DNA of 64,000 nt from Eledone cirrhosa. Taxonomy: Eukaryota. Shown one piece after another: positions 25,273 to 39,004 of this stretch. The stretch is taken from the NCBI GenBank assembly GCA_964016885.1, contig OZ024744.1, forward strand, positions 98,828,001 through 98,892,000, read 5' to 3'. Below the pieces are notes generated by a model. The model was not told the DNA's origin. It was given only the letters and a program-made list of their open reading frames with translations, and searched no databases. The position numbers were made by a program, and so were the translations under genes. Each line of letters begins with the position of its first letter. Positions within the stretch are counted from its first letter, which is position 1.

Positions 25273-25929
25273 CAAATGATACTTATTCATACATTTAGAT
25301 GGCAATTTCTAAGTAATTATAATCAGCAATAATGATAAGTGCAGTAATATTTCACCTCACTACATATGTGTATAAACTATCTAAGGGGGGAGAGAGATGG
25401 GGGCAGGGATGGGTTAACCCCACAATTAGATGCACTATAGTTATCTTTATTTAGGCATTACAAAACATTCCTCAATGCACATAAAATATACTTTGAAATT
25501 TTACAAATATCATTTGGGTTCGTTAAATAAATAGTGAAAAAAATAAAATGGCAGAGGTCACACAGAAATGTTTTGTCTTTTTCCATTCATTCATACACTT
25601 TTTTGTTTTTGTATATTTAGAGGTATTTCATAAATTATTTGAAATTTGTTTTGATAAAAAAAAAAATTTCTAAGTAACTAGTTTTTATCATAAATACCAC
25701 ACACATATATATATATATATTGTAATAATAATAAATGTGAGGACTAAAATCCGAAGAGGGCTCGATAAGGATGATATATATATATATATATATATATAAA
25801 CCGTAGAGCAAATATTTATTAAAATAGCAGATTAAAGTTTAAGCAAAGAATAGATACTTACACCCTTAACTTTAATCTGTTATTTTAATAAATAAATATA
25901 TATATATTTATATACATATATATATATAT

Positions 25930-26177
25930 AGGAACCAGTAAGACCCCGACAGCTGAGCTCAAGCCGTTTCGACGGCTAATTCTGGACTAAATGAAAATTT
26001 ATAAATTCTGGACTAAATGAAAATTTATAAATTTTCATTTAGTCCAGAATTAGCCGTCGAAACGGCTTGAGCTCAGCTGTCGGGGTCTTACTGGTTCCTA
26101 TTACCCACTCTACTACCTCAAGTATTGAGTACTTTGGTGCGTTATGGTCCACCTGGTTCCTTACCACATTTCCTTCG

Positions 26178-26180
<3 letters not shown>
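25930..26180. mobile_element. Palindromic Penelope-like pLTR fragment in (TA)n; 3' half of a hammerhead
   Basis: 25930-26100 is an inverted repeat; contains GAAACGGCT-TGAGCTC-AGCTGTC-GGGGTC; its tail GTATTGAGTACT is shared with about 19170. Confidence 0.6.
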
Positions 26181-26219
<39 letters not shown>

Positions 26220-26578
26220 ACATATATATAAAGAATAAAAATAACCAGGATTAAATTGCATTAAATTATTTAATTAATTTATGAACGTTTCTATCAATTT
26301 GTAAAACTACTGTGATTGGAAATTTACAAATTGGATTATTAAATTCTGAAATGTCTTATCTTGCTGTGGACTATAAAAAATCATATTTGAGCTTTCAATT
26401 ATTCTTTACCTTATATGGTTGTGTTACCCACTTGTCTAAATAAACTATTATTTATCATCAGCGTTTAATATCTATCTTCCACACTAGCATGGGTTAGATG
26501 GGTTTGTCCCATTTAAGGCAAGTTGAGTTGGGTGACTGTGTCTTGCTCTTATAGGACTGTTTGTTTATTTATATATAT

Positions 26579-27525
26579 AATTGTTTCTACTTTTGGCACA
26601 AGGCCAGCAATTATTCCAGTATATTACTGGTACTTTATTTTATCGACCCTGTAAGGATGAAAAGGCAAAGTCAACCTCGGCGGGATTTGAACTCAGATCG
26701 TAAAGGGACGTAACTATGCTGGAAAGCATGTCCGACACTCTACCGATACTGCCAATTCCCCGCCCTATTTATATATATAATGATGTAAAATTGAAATAAA
26801 TTAACTTCATTATATATATATATATATAATCATCATCATCGTCGTTTAATGTCCATCATCCACTCTAGCCATCGACATAACTAGATGTCTATAAATTAAT
26901 TTCTTAAATTTTCTTCCTCTTTAGTAATTCATTATGAAGGAAGGTATGAAACAAGAAGAACAACAACAACAACAAAAGAAAACAAAAAAAAAAGTAACTA
27001 CAATTATGTTAAGATTCCACAATACTTTTCTTTTCATTCAAAAATTGTTGACTTAACCAGAGAAAAAGTATCCCTAAAAATATATATATATCAAGTTTGT
27101 AAAAGCCAAAAAATATTAAATAAATAAAAAATAATGGTTTCTGATTTAGGCACAAGGCCAGTAATTTTGGGGGAGGGGAAAGTTGATTAAATCAACCCCA
27201 GTGCATGACTGGTACTTTATTTTATCGACCCCCCCTTAAGGATGAAAGGCAAAGTTAACCTCGGTGGGATTTGAACTCAGAATGTTAAGGGCCATAATTC
27301 TATGCCACGAAGCAGGGGGTGTTCGACACTCAATAATAATAATAATAATGTTTCTACTTTTGGCACAAGGCCAGCAATTATCCCAGTGCATTACTGGTAC
27401 TTTATTTTATCGACCCTGTAAGGATGAAAGGCAAAGCTAACCTCGGTAGGATTTGAACTCAGAACATAAAGGGCCATAACTATGCTGCAAAGCATGGTAT
27501 CTGACGCTCTACCGATACTGCCAAA
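26579..27525 (-). mobile_element. Three minus-strand family A SINEs (about 26579-26765, 27133-27330, 27348-27525)
   Basis: Reverse complement of the family A consensus. Confidence 0.8.
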
Positions 27526-27779
27526 CAACTACCCTATAATAATAATAATAATAATAATAGTATTTTTTAAGATATCTTATCAAAGAATTTCTATTATTTC
27601 TCATATCTGGATAATTTCCATAGGGCTACTACAATAATGAATTCTTTAACAGGAGAGTACTCATTGAGCACTATCTGATTTTGATATATTACCAACTTAT
27701 GCAACTGGTGATGGAATGTGGTACAATAATCCAATATTAGAGGGTAGTTCAGCACATACCCATTGGATTCATTTGAAAT

Positions 27780-28290
27780 AATTTAACTCTTAACATCCTG
27801 TAATAATTTACTAGAAAATATCTAAAAACAAGTTTGTAGATCCAAATATTTATAATATCTTTACTGGTGGACAGATCATTGTGAAAATTTGCAGTATTAT
27901 CTCTTAATATCCTGTAATAATTTATTAGAAAATGTCTAAGTTTGTTGATTAAAATGTTTATAGTATCTTTACTGGTGGACAGATCATTGTGAAAATTTGC
28001 AATATTAGAGTAAATAAAGACTTTAATATTTAATGTAATGTAGTCATACTGTTGTTTTGTACTTTTCAAGAATGTTACTAGCTAATGTTTCATGATTTAG
28101 CAGAAAATATCACCAAAACAGTTTTGTTAATTCAAATATTTATATTTTTTACTAATGGACAGATCATTGTGAGAATTTGTAGTTCTAAAGTAAAACGTTT
28201 GATTATTAATGTGATAGTCATAGTACTGTTTTGTACTTTTCAACAATGTCTTACTAACGTGGTTTCATGTGGTACAGAATTATAGGATGT
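27780..28290 (+). repeat. Dispersed repeat with an internal unit of about 115 bp
   Basis: TACTGGTGGACAGAT...GTGAAAATTTGCAGTATTATCTCTTAA; further arrays at about 29510-29850, 39115-39750, 60660-60960 and inverted at 61490-61660. Confidence 0.8.
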
Positions 28291-31200
28291 TAAGAGTGAA
28301 ATAAACTGAAGTTTAACATTTGATTTTCATTATTCTTTCCATTATACCATGATTATTCAAGTCTTTAAAAGATAAAAAAATTTTTTAATCAAAATGGATT
28401 TAATTAACTTTAGAGAAAAGTTAGAAACTACTGAAAATATTCTTAGACAATGCAATCCCAAATGCAGAAAACAACTGTGATCACAGTCAATTGCTATAAA
28501 TAATAGCTTAGAAAATTGGGTAAAATACCCTTATAGACAGCAGCCACTATGAAGAATGAAAATATATTTTTATTGTAATATTTGCTTTGATCTCTAAATT
28601 ATATATTTTAACACAGTATATATTTTGACATAATTTAATATATATATATATTTTAACTCAATATATATATATATATATATATTTTAACATGAAATTTCAC
28701 ATTAGAGCTTATAGCAAATGCCACAAGCAACTCATATGAAAATTTCAAACAAGAGATATTTTTCAAGCTATTCTTAATGATAAAGTAACTTATTTGTTTG
28801 TTTTACAACCATTTTGAGATAATGTTGAACTGTCATTGCAAAAGTAGTTTCTGTAAGAACATTTTTTTCAAAAAATTTATTTACAAAAATACAAAACATT
28901 TTGCAGTGTTTACGAAAATATTATTTTTAAAGTTCTACAATATCAAATGGTTTAAAAATAGATCTCTTCAAAAACTTACCCTAAAAGAACTATGCTATCT
29001 TTCTCATCAAGTATTACTTTATTAGATAATTCTTCTGGTTTTCTTAAAAATATCATCATCATCATTATTTAACGTACATTTTCCATGGATATTTGGGTTA
29101 CATGGGTTGTCCCATTCTGAGACAAGTCAAGGTCCAGAGACCACCGAAACCACATCATGGTCATACGATCTGTATTTTGGCTTCGTTTCTACGCTGGAAG
29201 CCCTTCTTAACTCCAACAACATTTATAGATAATTGTTTCTACTTTTGGCACAAGGCCAGCAATTTTGAAGGGAAGAGGTCATAAGTCAATTAAATCAACC
29301 TCAATTGTGTGACTAATACTCTTATTAACCCTGTAATGATCAAAGGCAAAGCTAGCCTCAGTGGGATTTGAACTCAGAATGTAAAGTAACTATATGCCAC
29401 AAAGCATATTGTCTGGCGCACTACCAATCGGCCATTCTTATGTTTATAGACAACGAAAATAAATTATTAAAATGGATAATTGATATCAAACATTAAACTG
29501 ATATGTCAAATATGTATAGTATCTTTACTAGTGGACAGATTGTGAACATTTTTAGTATTATCTCTTAAGATCATGTTATAATTTAACAGAAAATATCTAA
29601 AAACAGGTTTGTTAATTCAAATATTTATAGTACTTTACTAGTGGACAGATTGTTGTGAATACTTGTAGTATTATCTCTCAACATTCTGTAATTAATTAAC
29701 AGAAAATATCTAAAAACAGGTTTATTAATTCAAATGTTTATAGTATCTTTATTGGTGGACAGATTGTGAAAATTTGTAGTACTAGAATAAAAACTAATTT
29801 TTAATGTGAACAGTCACAGTACTGTTTTGTACTTTTCAAGAATGTCTTTATCATAACATCCTCTTTCATGTCATACCGGATGTTAGCAGTTACATCATAA
29901 TGAATTTAATGAAATCAATACATGACAAAAATACTGATTAAGTTACACGAGGGTCAAGTTACTTGGCTTATTTACAACATAATTATTTCTAGAATTTTAT
30001 TCCTGGAAAACATTAATGCTGCTAGTGGACGGTAAACCAAAGACGTGAAAGTCTTTCTTCACCTTCACATTTTATATTTTACACAATAGTAATTAGATCT
30101 GTATATAAAGGAAATTTAAATACTCTAAAAAAAAAACAAAAAACAAAAAAAAAACAAACTTAAATATAAAATATTTCTCATTTTCTGTGTGTGATGAATT
30201 CTTTTGAAATATCAAAATATTTCAAGTTTGCTTTCAGTTAAACCAAATAAGTCATCTAATATTTACCAAACTAAAATCAAACCTTCTAGATTATATATAT
30301 ATATATAATGGTTATTTATTTAGGCACAAGGCCACCAATTTTTGGGGGGAGGGAAAGTCTATTAAATTGACCCCAGTGCGTGACTGGTGCTTTATTTTAT
30401 CGACCCCATAAGGATGGAAGGCAAAGGGGCGTAACACTATGCTTCAAACAAAGCATGGTGTCCAACGCTCTACCGATACTGTCAATCCACCGTTCTTACA
30501 CACATATATATATATATATATACATACATATGCACATACATATATACATACATATACATACATACACACACATACATATATATATAATATACACACACAC
30601 ACACATATATATAATATACACACACACATATATACACACATACATATATACATACATATACACACATACATATATAATGTATATATATATACATACATAT
30701 ACACACACACACATATATATATAATGAAATTACTCTATCCAAATATACTCATCATTATCTGAAGAAAATTAATAAAATAATTAAAATAAAATAAACATTG
30801 GAAGTAAACTTGATAAACATTTTTATCCAAGTGAGTTTTAAACTTTGTTCAATGGTCAAATTATATAAATTTAAAGAAACATAGTCCAAACATCTCAGAG
30901 GGAATGATTTAGTGAACATTTTAAATTTAAATTCAAACAAAACAGGACTCTTAAACTATTTATTCTCACTAAAATAAGGAGACAATAGATGAAGCCTTTT
31001 ACTGATGGATAACAATTTTTTTTTGTGTGTTTATTTTTGTGTGTGTTTTTCTTTTGTTTTCAGTTTTTGCTTTATTGGAGTATGTTTAAGCTGAAAGCTT
31101 CAAAATATTTAAATATGAGAGCTTACAAAACTATACAAATGTCATTTTAACTAAAAAAAAACAAAAAAACTTACAAATAACAATAAAAGCAAGTGAAAAG

Positions 31201-31502
31201 TTAATACATAAATTTAAATAATTATTTCAACAAAAGTTTTTAAAAAAATCCAACATTTTCCTTACAATTTCATAGTGCTTAAAAAATTGATATACACATT
31301 GATGTTATACATGGATATGTGTGTGTATGTGCACATATATATATAATATAGATACATATATATAATATACATACATATATATATATATATATATGTACAC
31401 ATGCATATGCATATAATATATACACACGGTGTCGCCAAAAAATGTATAATACTATTATTAGAATGCTGTAGAAGTGTGTATACATTTTTTGAGGACACCC
31501 TG

Positions 31503-31542
<40 letters not shown>

Positions 31543-32084
31543 ATATATAAATTTGTGTTGCAAAGAATACTCAATATATGTTTTGGACTAATATACATTT
31601 TATTTTGTTAAGATAGACTATTGTCCCAATATGGCCATCACTCAGAATTTCATGTTGGTAAGGGTCATATTCAAGTGGCATTTCAAATACCGGCTGAATA
31701 AACACAGAATATTAGTCATACTGGAACAACACACGCACACACTCACAGACAGACAGACAGACACACACACATATATAATTTAATTCTAATACTTTTTTTT
31801 TTGCTCCCCAGTGGTTCATAAGGTCTTTGTTGAGGTATACCATCAACTAAATATATAATATCTACACATCAAAAATGTAAATCATCAAATTTGTTTGCAC
31901 ACACACAGAGACACTCACACACATGCATGCACACAGATATACATACATGTATATGTATATACACACACACACCCACACCCACCCACATTCACTCACTTTT
32001 ATCTATATATACACACACACACACATATATATATAGATACATGTATATACATATATAAATGAATATAGACATGTATGTGCATAC

Positions 32085-32136
<52 letters not shown>

Positions 32137-32410
32137 GTATAGAATCATATAGATATACACATATATACATACATGTATAGATTCATATATATATATACAC
32201 ACATACATACATACATACATGCATGTATAGATTCATATATATACATACATATATATATACAAGTATATGTATACATACATACAGCTATATATTCATATAT
32301 ATATATATATATACATATATATATCACATACACACTCTTGAGTGTGCATCAAACATTCATAATATACCTATTTGATATAGATTTATTTCACAGTATTTCT
32401 TCGGTTACAC

Positions 32411-32589
32411 TTAAGATGTTTTCTTTGAATTATTTTCTGAAATTCTGAGTGCTGCCCGGTCTGCAACATCAATAGCAGCAACATTGGCCATTGCACTGTA
32501 AAGTTGTAGAATGCTTATAATGGTCTTCAGGAAAGCAACTATTGCACATGGATACAGCAATGCAGTCACAAGGCCAACACTTCCAAACA
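32411..32589 (-). CDS. CDIPT: Phosphatidylinositol synthase, terminal coding exon
   Basis: TTTCAG acceptor, phase 1; VFGSVGLVTALLYPCAIVAFLKTIISILQLYSAMANVAAIDVADRAAL...TAA resembles the PIS C-terminus (GSVG...LKS.IS...NMAALDAADRA). Confidence 0.9.
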
Positions 32590-32658
32590 CTGAAAGAAAT
32601 AAAACATATACATACAGGTAAAAATCAAGCGAACTCATCACAAGAACAGCTGCGTTAA

Positions 32659-32893
32659 CCCTTTAGCATTTAAACCAGACATATCCGGCCAGAATTCTCT
32701 CACCTATTTCTGTTCAAACCAGCTGTAACCGGCCACTTGTACCAATGTTAAGGTATTGTTCTCAAAATAAATAATATCAAAATCCCATGGATTCGATATT
32801 ATTTGAGATAATTATGTGAGATAAAGTCTTTATTGCAAAAATACAATAGTATATATATATATATATATATAGAGTAATGTAAATGCTAAAGGG
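32659..32893. mobile_element. piggyBac-like MITE
   Basis: TTAA-CCCTTTAGCATTTA...TAAATGCTAAAGGG-TTAA. Confidence 0.85.
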
Positions 32894-33118
32894 TTAAAAC
32901 AGCTAAATGCTGTCAAAGACAGTGATGGGCAAAAATGCCTCAGAGAGTACAGATACCAGTAGCCAGTGGTCAATAGAGAGACAATCCACAAGATGGGTGA
33001 CAAGTAGATAAAATATAGAAAAGATTGGAAGAGGAGGAGGAGGAGATCAAGGAGAAGTACATTGGCACACAGAAGTGACTGGAAGAAGGAAACAGAGAAA
33101 GGCAAAGTACAAGACAAG

Positions 33119-33155
<37 letters not shown>

Positions 33156-33837
33156 CTTCACCCTTATCAGCTCTCAAACCATCAAAATGGTTTCGCTCGA
33201 TTTAAATTGAGAGTACCATTTTAAAATGCAGGATCATGCAACAGAAAAGTAAACCTTTCTGCTGGTATGATGTGTGTGAGATAAAACTAACAACACAGAT
33301 AGAAGGACGGAAGAAAACAAAGAAAAGAAAACCACATTGTTTTAAATAAAATATATATTTGCACTTGGTCATTTATATTTGCATTAGAGTTATATGTAAA
33401 TTAGTAAACAGCATGAGGCTTAATGGTTAGAGTGTTGGGTTCGCAATCGTGAGGGCTGTGAGTTTGATTCCCAGATCAGGTGCTGTAATGTGTCCTTCAG
33501 CAAGATACTCTATTTCATGTTGCTTCAGTTTACTCAATTGCAGAAATGAGTTTTGATGATACTGATGCCAATCTATATTGGTCTTTGCTTTGCCCTTGGA
33601 CAACATTATATATGGTGTATATATAATACATAGTGTATATATATATTGAGTAAATATGTATTGTGTATATAAGGTATACATAATGTATACTTAACATATC
33701 CGTCTAACCCATGCTAGCATGGAAGAATGGATATAAAATGGTGATGATGATGATGATATATATATGAACACACACAAAAACAAGATGGTGTAGGACAGAA
33801 CAAAGGAGAGGCACAAAAACAAAGAAAAGAATCCCCA

Positions 33838-33880
33838 GTCACTGAAGAGGTCACAGAATGTATGACGAAAGAACTTTGAC
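33838..33880 (+). ncRNA. Degenerate hammerhead-like motif
   Basis: GUCA-CUGAAGA-G-GUCA...UGAC-GAAA-GAACUU-UGAC; shares CTGAAGAGGTCACAG with the motif at 34853-34907. Confidence 0.35.
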
Positions 33881-34264
33881 AATATATGAACAATCATCTG
33901 GTTGTGGAACCAACCAACCAACCAGAAATTTATAAATTTAATTTATAATAAATTGGAGTGAAAGCAACTGGTGTGTGTGTTTCTTATTGGCAACATGACC
34001 CTCCCAAAGTATAACAATATCAGTTTCAACCCACGTTTTCAGATAAAGAATCTTGCTAAACAAATTCAGAAACAAAATATATATATATATGTATATATAG
34101 TATTAAGGATACTATTTATGGTTATGTATATACTAAAAATGTTTATAGTTATATATATTTTAAACCCTAAACAGTGAAAGACAGTAATGTATTACTACCT
34201 TATTACCAGTAAGATAAATAGCTCAATGTAATAACATCAGTTGTTCTACAGAGCAGTTATATAG

Positions 34265-34769
34265 AATTCACAGGAATCAAAGTTATGTTCACACAAGCTT
34301 CTTTATCATACACTAAAAATACCTTACCACTACAACCTCCATAATACTCTTGATTACCCGCTTAAAGTGCTTGTATTGCATATAACACCCTGCCGCACAA
34401 TAATCTTATATAAATAAGACACACGTGCATGCCCCACGTGTAACTATTGCATGCACTAACTACTTCAACTGACTAACAAACTATCCTATGGCATTATCTA
34501 CGTTAACTGCCGATTGTATTTTAATTTTGCTTTGATTCTGTTTTAATATGATTTTAATTTTTGAATTTAAATTGCCATGCTAAAATATTATAATGGATGT
34601 CACCCCACTGTGCATCAATATATACATATGTATCTGTATGTCTCTTGTGTTGGAAAGGAGGTCATGAATGTATACAAACATTAAATAATGCTCCGAAGAC
34701 TCCAAGCCTCGGTTTGGATGAAACAATTGTAAGCTAATAAATGGTTTGAACATAGCTTTGATTCCTGTG

Positions 34770-34775
<6 letters not shown>
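34265..34775 (+). mobile_element. Penelope-like pLTR with terminal inversion
   Basis: AATTCACAGGAATCAAAG.TATGTTCA is inverted at both ends; contains a hammerhead followed by AATAAA; ends at (TA)n. Confidence 0.6.
34690..34734 (+). ncRNA. Minimal type-I hammerhead with a CCGAAGA core variant
   Basis: GCU-CCGAAGA-C-UCCAAGC-CUCG-GUUUGGA-U-GAAA-C-AAUU-GUA/AGC; palindromic helix III. Confidence 0.6.
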
Positions 34776-34807
<32 letters not shown>

Positions 34808-34852
34808 AAGTTAAATAAAAAGTCAAATGATTAAAATTTAGCTTCGTTTATT

Positions 34853-34907
34853 ACTGCTATATATATTTCAGTGACAGCCATCTTTGGCTGTGACCTCTTC
34901 AGGCAGT
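34853..34907 (-). ncRNA. Minimal type-I hammerhead ribozyme
   Basis: ACUGC-CUGAAGA-GGUCACAGCCA-AAGA-UGGCUGUCACU-GAAA-U-AUAU-AUA/GCAGU, followed by AAUAAA. Confidence 0.7.
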
Positions 34908-35160
34908 TTAAATTAGTGTGGTATAGACATATGTTGTTGAGGTGTATAATATTGTCAATACTCTGATATGCCCAGTTCCTGGTTGGGTTGTTATTTCACT
35001 GAGGAACTGGAATCATATAAACTCAAAATCTCTCTATATATATATATGTATATATATATATAGTGTATATATGAATTGTGATGACACTGGTACCAAACTG
35101 TAACTGGGACAACATCATATATGGTGTATATATAATATCTAAGGTACACACAATGTATAC

Positions 35161-35226
<66 letters not shown>

Positions 35227-35340
35227 GTGTACATACAAGTTCTGATGACACTGGTAGCAAACTGCATCAACCTTTGCCTTTCACTTAGACAATATTATAT
35301 ATAGTGTATATATAATATATAAGGTATACATAATGTATAC

Positions 35341-35387
<47 letters not shown>

Positions 35388-35389
<2 letters not shown>

Positions 35390-38300
35390 AGGGAGTGTAA
35401 CAGAGTTACTGTAGGTTCACCAGGGTGAGCACTCGATGTTTAGGTTCACTTCCGTGTCGAGGTGTAAGAAGCTAGACAGAGTGTATTATAGTAAAATAAA
35501 ACAAGGACGAGTGGTTACTCCTTCATTACGTTTATTGGTTGGTGACGCACGTTTCGCCACTGATCAGCTCAAAGTTCGATCTGTATTGATCTAGCCTGAC
35601 TCTGTAAGCCATGGATCGTCAGACCCCTTGTAATGTTAATCATCATCATCATCATTTTACGCCCGCTTTTCCCTGCTTGCAAGGGTAGGACGGGAACTGA
35701 TTCTGGCTTGATTTCTACAGCTGGATGCCCTTCCTAACACCAACCTCATTTACAGTGAGTGCTGGGTGCTTTTTTGCCGTGACACCTATACGACCACTTT
35801 GCAGTGGAATGATAGGGACCCTAGTTCCTATCACCTCATTTCTACAGCTGAATAAACTGGAGCAATGTGGAATAAAGTGTCTTGTTCAAGGAAACAACAC
35901 ATCACCTGGTCTGAGAATTGAGCTCACAACCTTTCGATCGCAAGGCCAATGCTCTAACCACTAAGCCATGTGCCTCCATTGGAAAAATGATTATACATGG
36001 TGTATGAGAAAGTCTGATGTTTCTATGGTGGTCAGTGAGATTTGTTTGGATTGGTGGGTTAATCCAGAGGGATGTCTTTTTCCTGTAGTGTATGTGTGTG
36101 TGTGTGGGGGGGTGATTAGTTAGTGGTGCGGGACGTAGCTTGAGGTGGGTGGTGGTGTAGGGGGTGCCAATTGTCGCTAGATGGTTTGACGTGCAGATAG
36201 GGCTGACTTTTGTGTGGGGTGTAGTGGTGTTGCAAGTTTATGATACTGGATGAAGGGTTGCGGTGTTTAGGGTGGGGTGTTGTGTGTGGTAGTGGATTGT
36301 TAAGGGGGCTCATGTTATAAGGAGTTAATGATCAGAGCATATAGGTACATATATATATACACGCAACCACACGGACATATTATATACATACACGTGTGTA
36401 TGTATATATATATATATATATATATACGCCAGTGGGTATATGTGGTGTGGGCGAGTGCATAAGCATTCATACACACACACATACAGTGTTTAGGGTGGAG
36501 TGTTAGTGTGGTATGTGTTGGTGAGGTTGATGGCTGTGGATGTAGGGTGATGTGTTTGGTGGTGGTGGAGGGGGTGATGAATGCGACATGACATTTACAA
36601 GATCGGATCTTTCAATGGGTTAGATGTTAAAATATGACGGAGAAGACAATGCTACTGAAATGAGGGACGGTGTGGTAAGGTATTGGTGATTATCCCTATG
36701 TTGTCTTTGAGTTAGGGTTTGTCCTTGGCACATGGCCGAATGTCTGGACAGAGAGGGTGTTCTTTCTGGTGTGTCTGCAGTCTATTATGTTTGATTGGCA
36801 GTATCGGTAGAGGGTCGGACGCCACGCTTTGACGCATAGAGTTACGGCCCTTGCCATTCTGAGTTCAAATCCCGCCGAGGTTAACTTTGCCTTTCATCCT
36901 TACGGGGTCAATAAAATAAAGTACCAGTAATGCACTGGGTAATTGCTGGCCTTGTGCCTAACGTAGAAACAATTATTAGGTTTGATCTCGAGATTATGGC
37001 TGATTTCAATTTGATGATCTCGGCCGCCTTGGCTAGGCATAACCTGCAGTGGTTTCCGTCATTGGGGAATTGGGCCACACGTCTCTTAACTGACCATTTG
37101 ATCTGGTATCCCAAATCAAGTCCGCCAGTCTGGTTTAGGATCGTTTGGGCCTGTGGTTGAATGAACTTTTGTGGTTATACCAGCGCGCTTTAAACGTAGT
37201 CGAGGTCGCCCCTATGTAGAAGTATTCTTTTCGGCCAGCTGTGACATCGCACCGGTAAATAATGTTTTTAACGAGGCACTCCCCCGTTCAATGGGCATTC
37301 TTCCCGCTTTCTGCAGTTGCAGTTGGGGGTTATGGGGTTGTTGTTAAGTTGCCGGTTGTTCGTATTCTGTATGGAGCTAGCACGTAGTTGGTTGTTGTGG
37401 GGTGTTGTCTGTGTGGTGTGGGTTGTGCTAGTGGTGTGGGTTGTGGTGCTTGCATGTGTTTGCGTATTCTGGTTCTATTTGTGTATGCTATCGTGTCGGC
37501 TAGATTTGGTGTTGTGGAGAAGGAGAATTTGACAGATTGCCTATTAAAGAGCTTGTAGTATTTATATGTGGGTGGGAAGGATTGGTCAAGAGCTCTGAAG
37601 AATGTTCTCGGTACATTGGTAGTAATGTGTATAGAGTACGGGGTGTTGTACCATGTCACGGGTCTACTCCGGGCCTCACGGTGTTTAGTGTGGTTGTGTT
37701 GTGGCTTGGTGCATGTGTGGGTGTGTTTTGGTCAGGTGTATTTGTCTTGGGAGTTCCTGCTATTCTATTGCCATTTAATCTAAGGTCTCTATTACTACAT
37801 AGTCGTGTGCTACGAGGGTTGGGGGGTATAGCTTTATCTCCTTGGCAGTTGTATGTATCGCTGCCTGTCCTGTTGGCCAAGGGTGGTCTTTGTGTGGTAG
37901 TTATTTTAAGTGGGGTGTCATCGTCTATTTGTGTTTCTAAGGGTCTGTGTGGGTTTAGCGGCGTTGTGCTTCTGGTCTGGTCGTTGTATGCTATCTTCTC
38001 ATTGTATCCAGCCTTTTCAAATGCGGGGTTATAGTATTCCGCATGCTGGTTGATGATAGTTCTGTTCGCCGACAGGGTGGACACTGTGAGAAACACTCTT
38101 AACTATCGAGTTAATTATGCTCCTAGGGTGGTTGGAGTGTTGAAAACTTTAGGTTTTCGTTGGGGATATGTTATGGGTGGTAGAGACCCGTGTCTAATTC
38201 TAACGTCATCTAAGAAGTTCACTGTCCTACTGTTGCATTCTATTTCTACTGCTAAGTCTTGGGTCTTAAAAATATATCTAAGTCGTTTGTGTAATCTATC

Positions 38301-38450
38301 TATTTGGCTATTATTGAGTCCACGAGCCATGAGCAGGGCGTCGTCCCAGTACAAGCCTCTGCCCATGCTAGGGATCTTGTCCGTTATTATATTTAGGAGG
38401 TATAGGCCGAGTGACTCTGCACAGGTTGTATACATATTTAGGTTTTAGTC
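35388..38450 (-). mobile_element. Penelope-like retroelement (Naiad-like), 5'-truncated and decayed, with SINE insertions
   Basis: RT GLYWDD and VNFLD; WYNTPYS; CNCRKREECPLNG..CL...IIY...YIG.T...FKARWYNHKSSF GIY-YIG domain at about 37160-37325; CRLCL; 3' pLTR with a hammerhead ending at (TA)n. Confidence 0.88.
35541..35625 (-). ncRNA. Type-I hammerhead with an extended helix II in the Penelope pLTR
   Basis: GGU-CUGACGA-UCCA...UGGC-GAAA-C-GUGC-GUC/ACC, followed by AAUAAA. Confidence 0.65.
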
Positions 38451-39004
38451 CACTTAGGTAGTTAAAGCATTCTTATAGGGAAACCATTTTGGTAAAGTAC
38501 CAATCTCCTCTGAGTCTCAGTGATTTGAGGTCAGCTCTCACCCACCTCTGCCCAGATATTCCTTGGTCTACCTCTACTGCAGCTTCCTTCCACTGTGATT
38601 TCCTAGCACTTCTTCACCCAGCGATCATCATCCATGAGCATCACATGTCCATGCCAACGCAGTCTTCGCTGCTGCACACCACCTCGGATTCCTCTTAAAC
38701 CTAACTTCTCCTTCAGTTCATCCAAGCTCTGCCTTTCTCTCACAATATATATACACCTCTTAACTCAATATACACCCCACCCCACACCTCTTACTCCATC
38801 CTCCCATTTCCGTCCACTGTAAAGTGGTTATGTAGAAGACATGGTAACCTGCCAGATACAGTCCTATACGAGCGAGACACAGTCACCCGACCAATCTTGC
38901 CTCAAGTGAGACAAGCCCGTCCAACCCGTGCTAGCATGGACAATAGACATTAAACGATGATGATGATGATGATGGTGATTGTAACAATATAAACAATTAT
39001 TTAC

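Noticed and set aside
30380-32448. Many Y/I/H/T/V/C-rich ORFs
   Set aside because: TA/CA microsatellite translations downstream of the CDIPT stop, probably 3' UTR or intergenic.
35241-35265. CTGATGA hammerhead core
   Set aside because: No helix II or downstream GAAA; part of a duplicated SINE tail.
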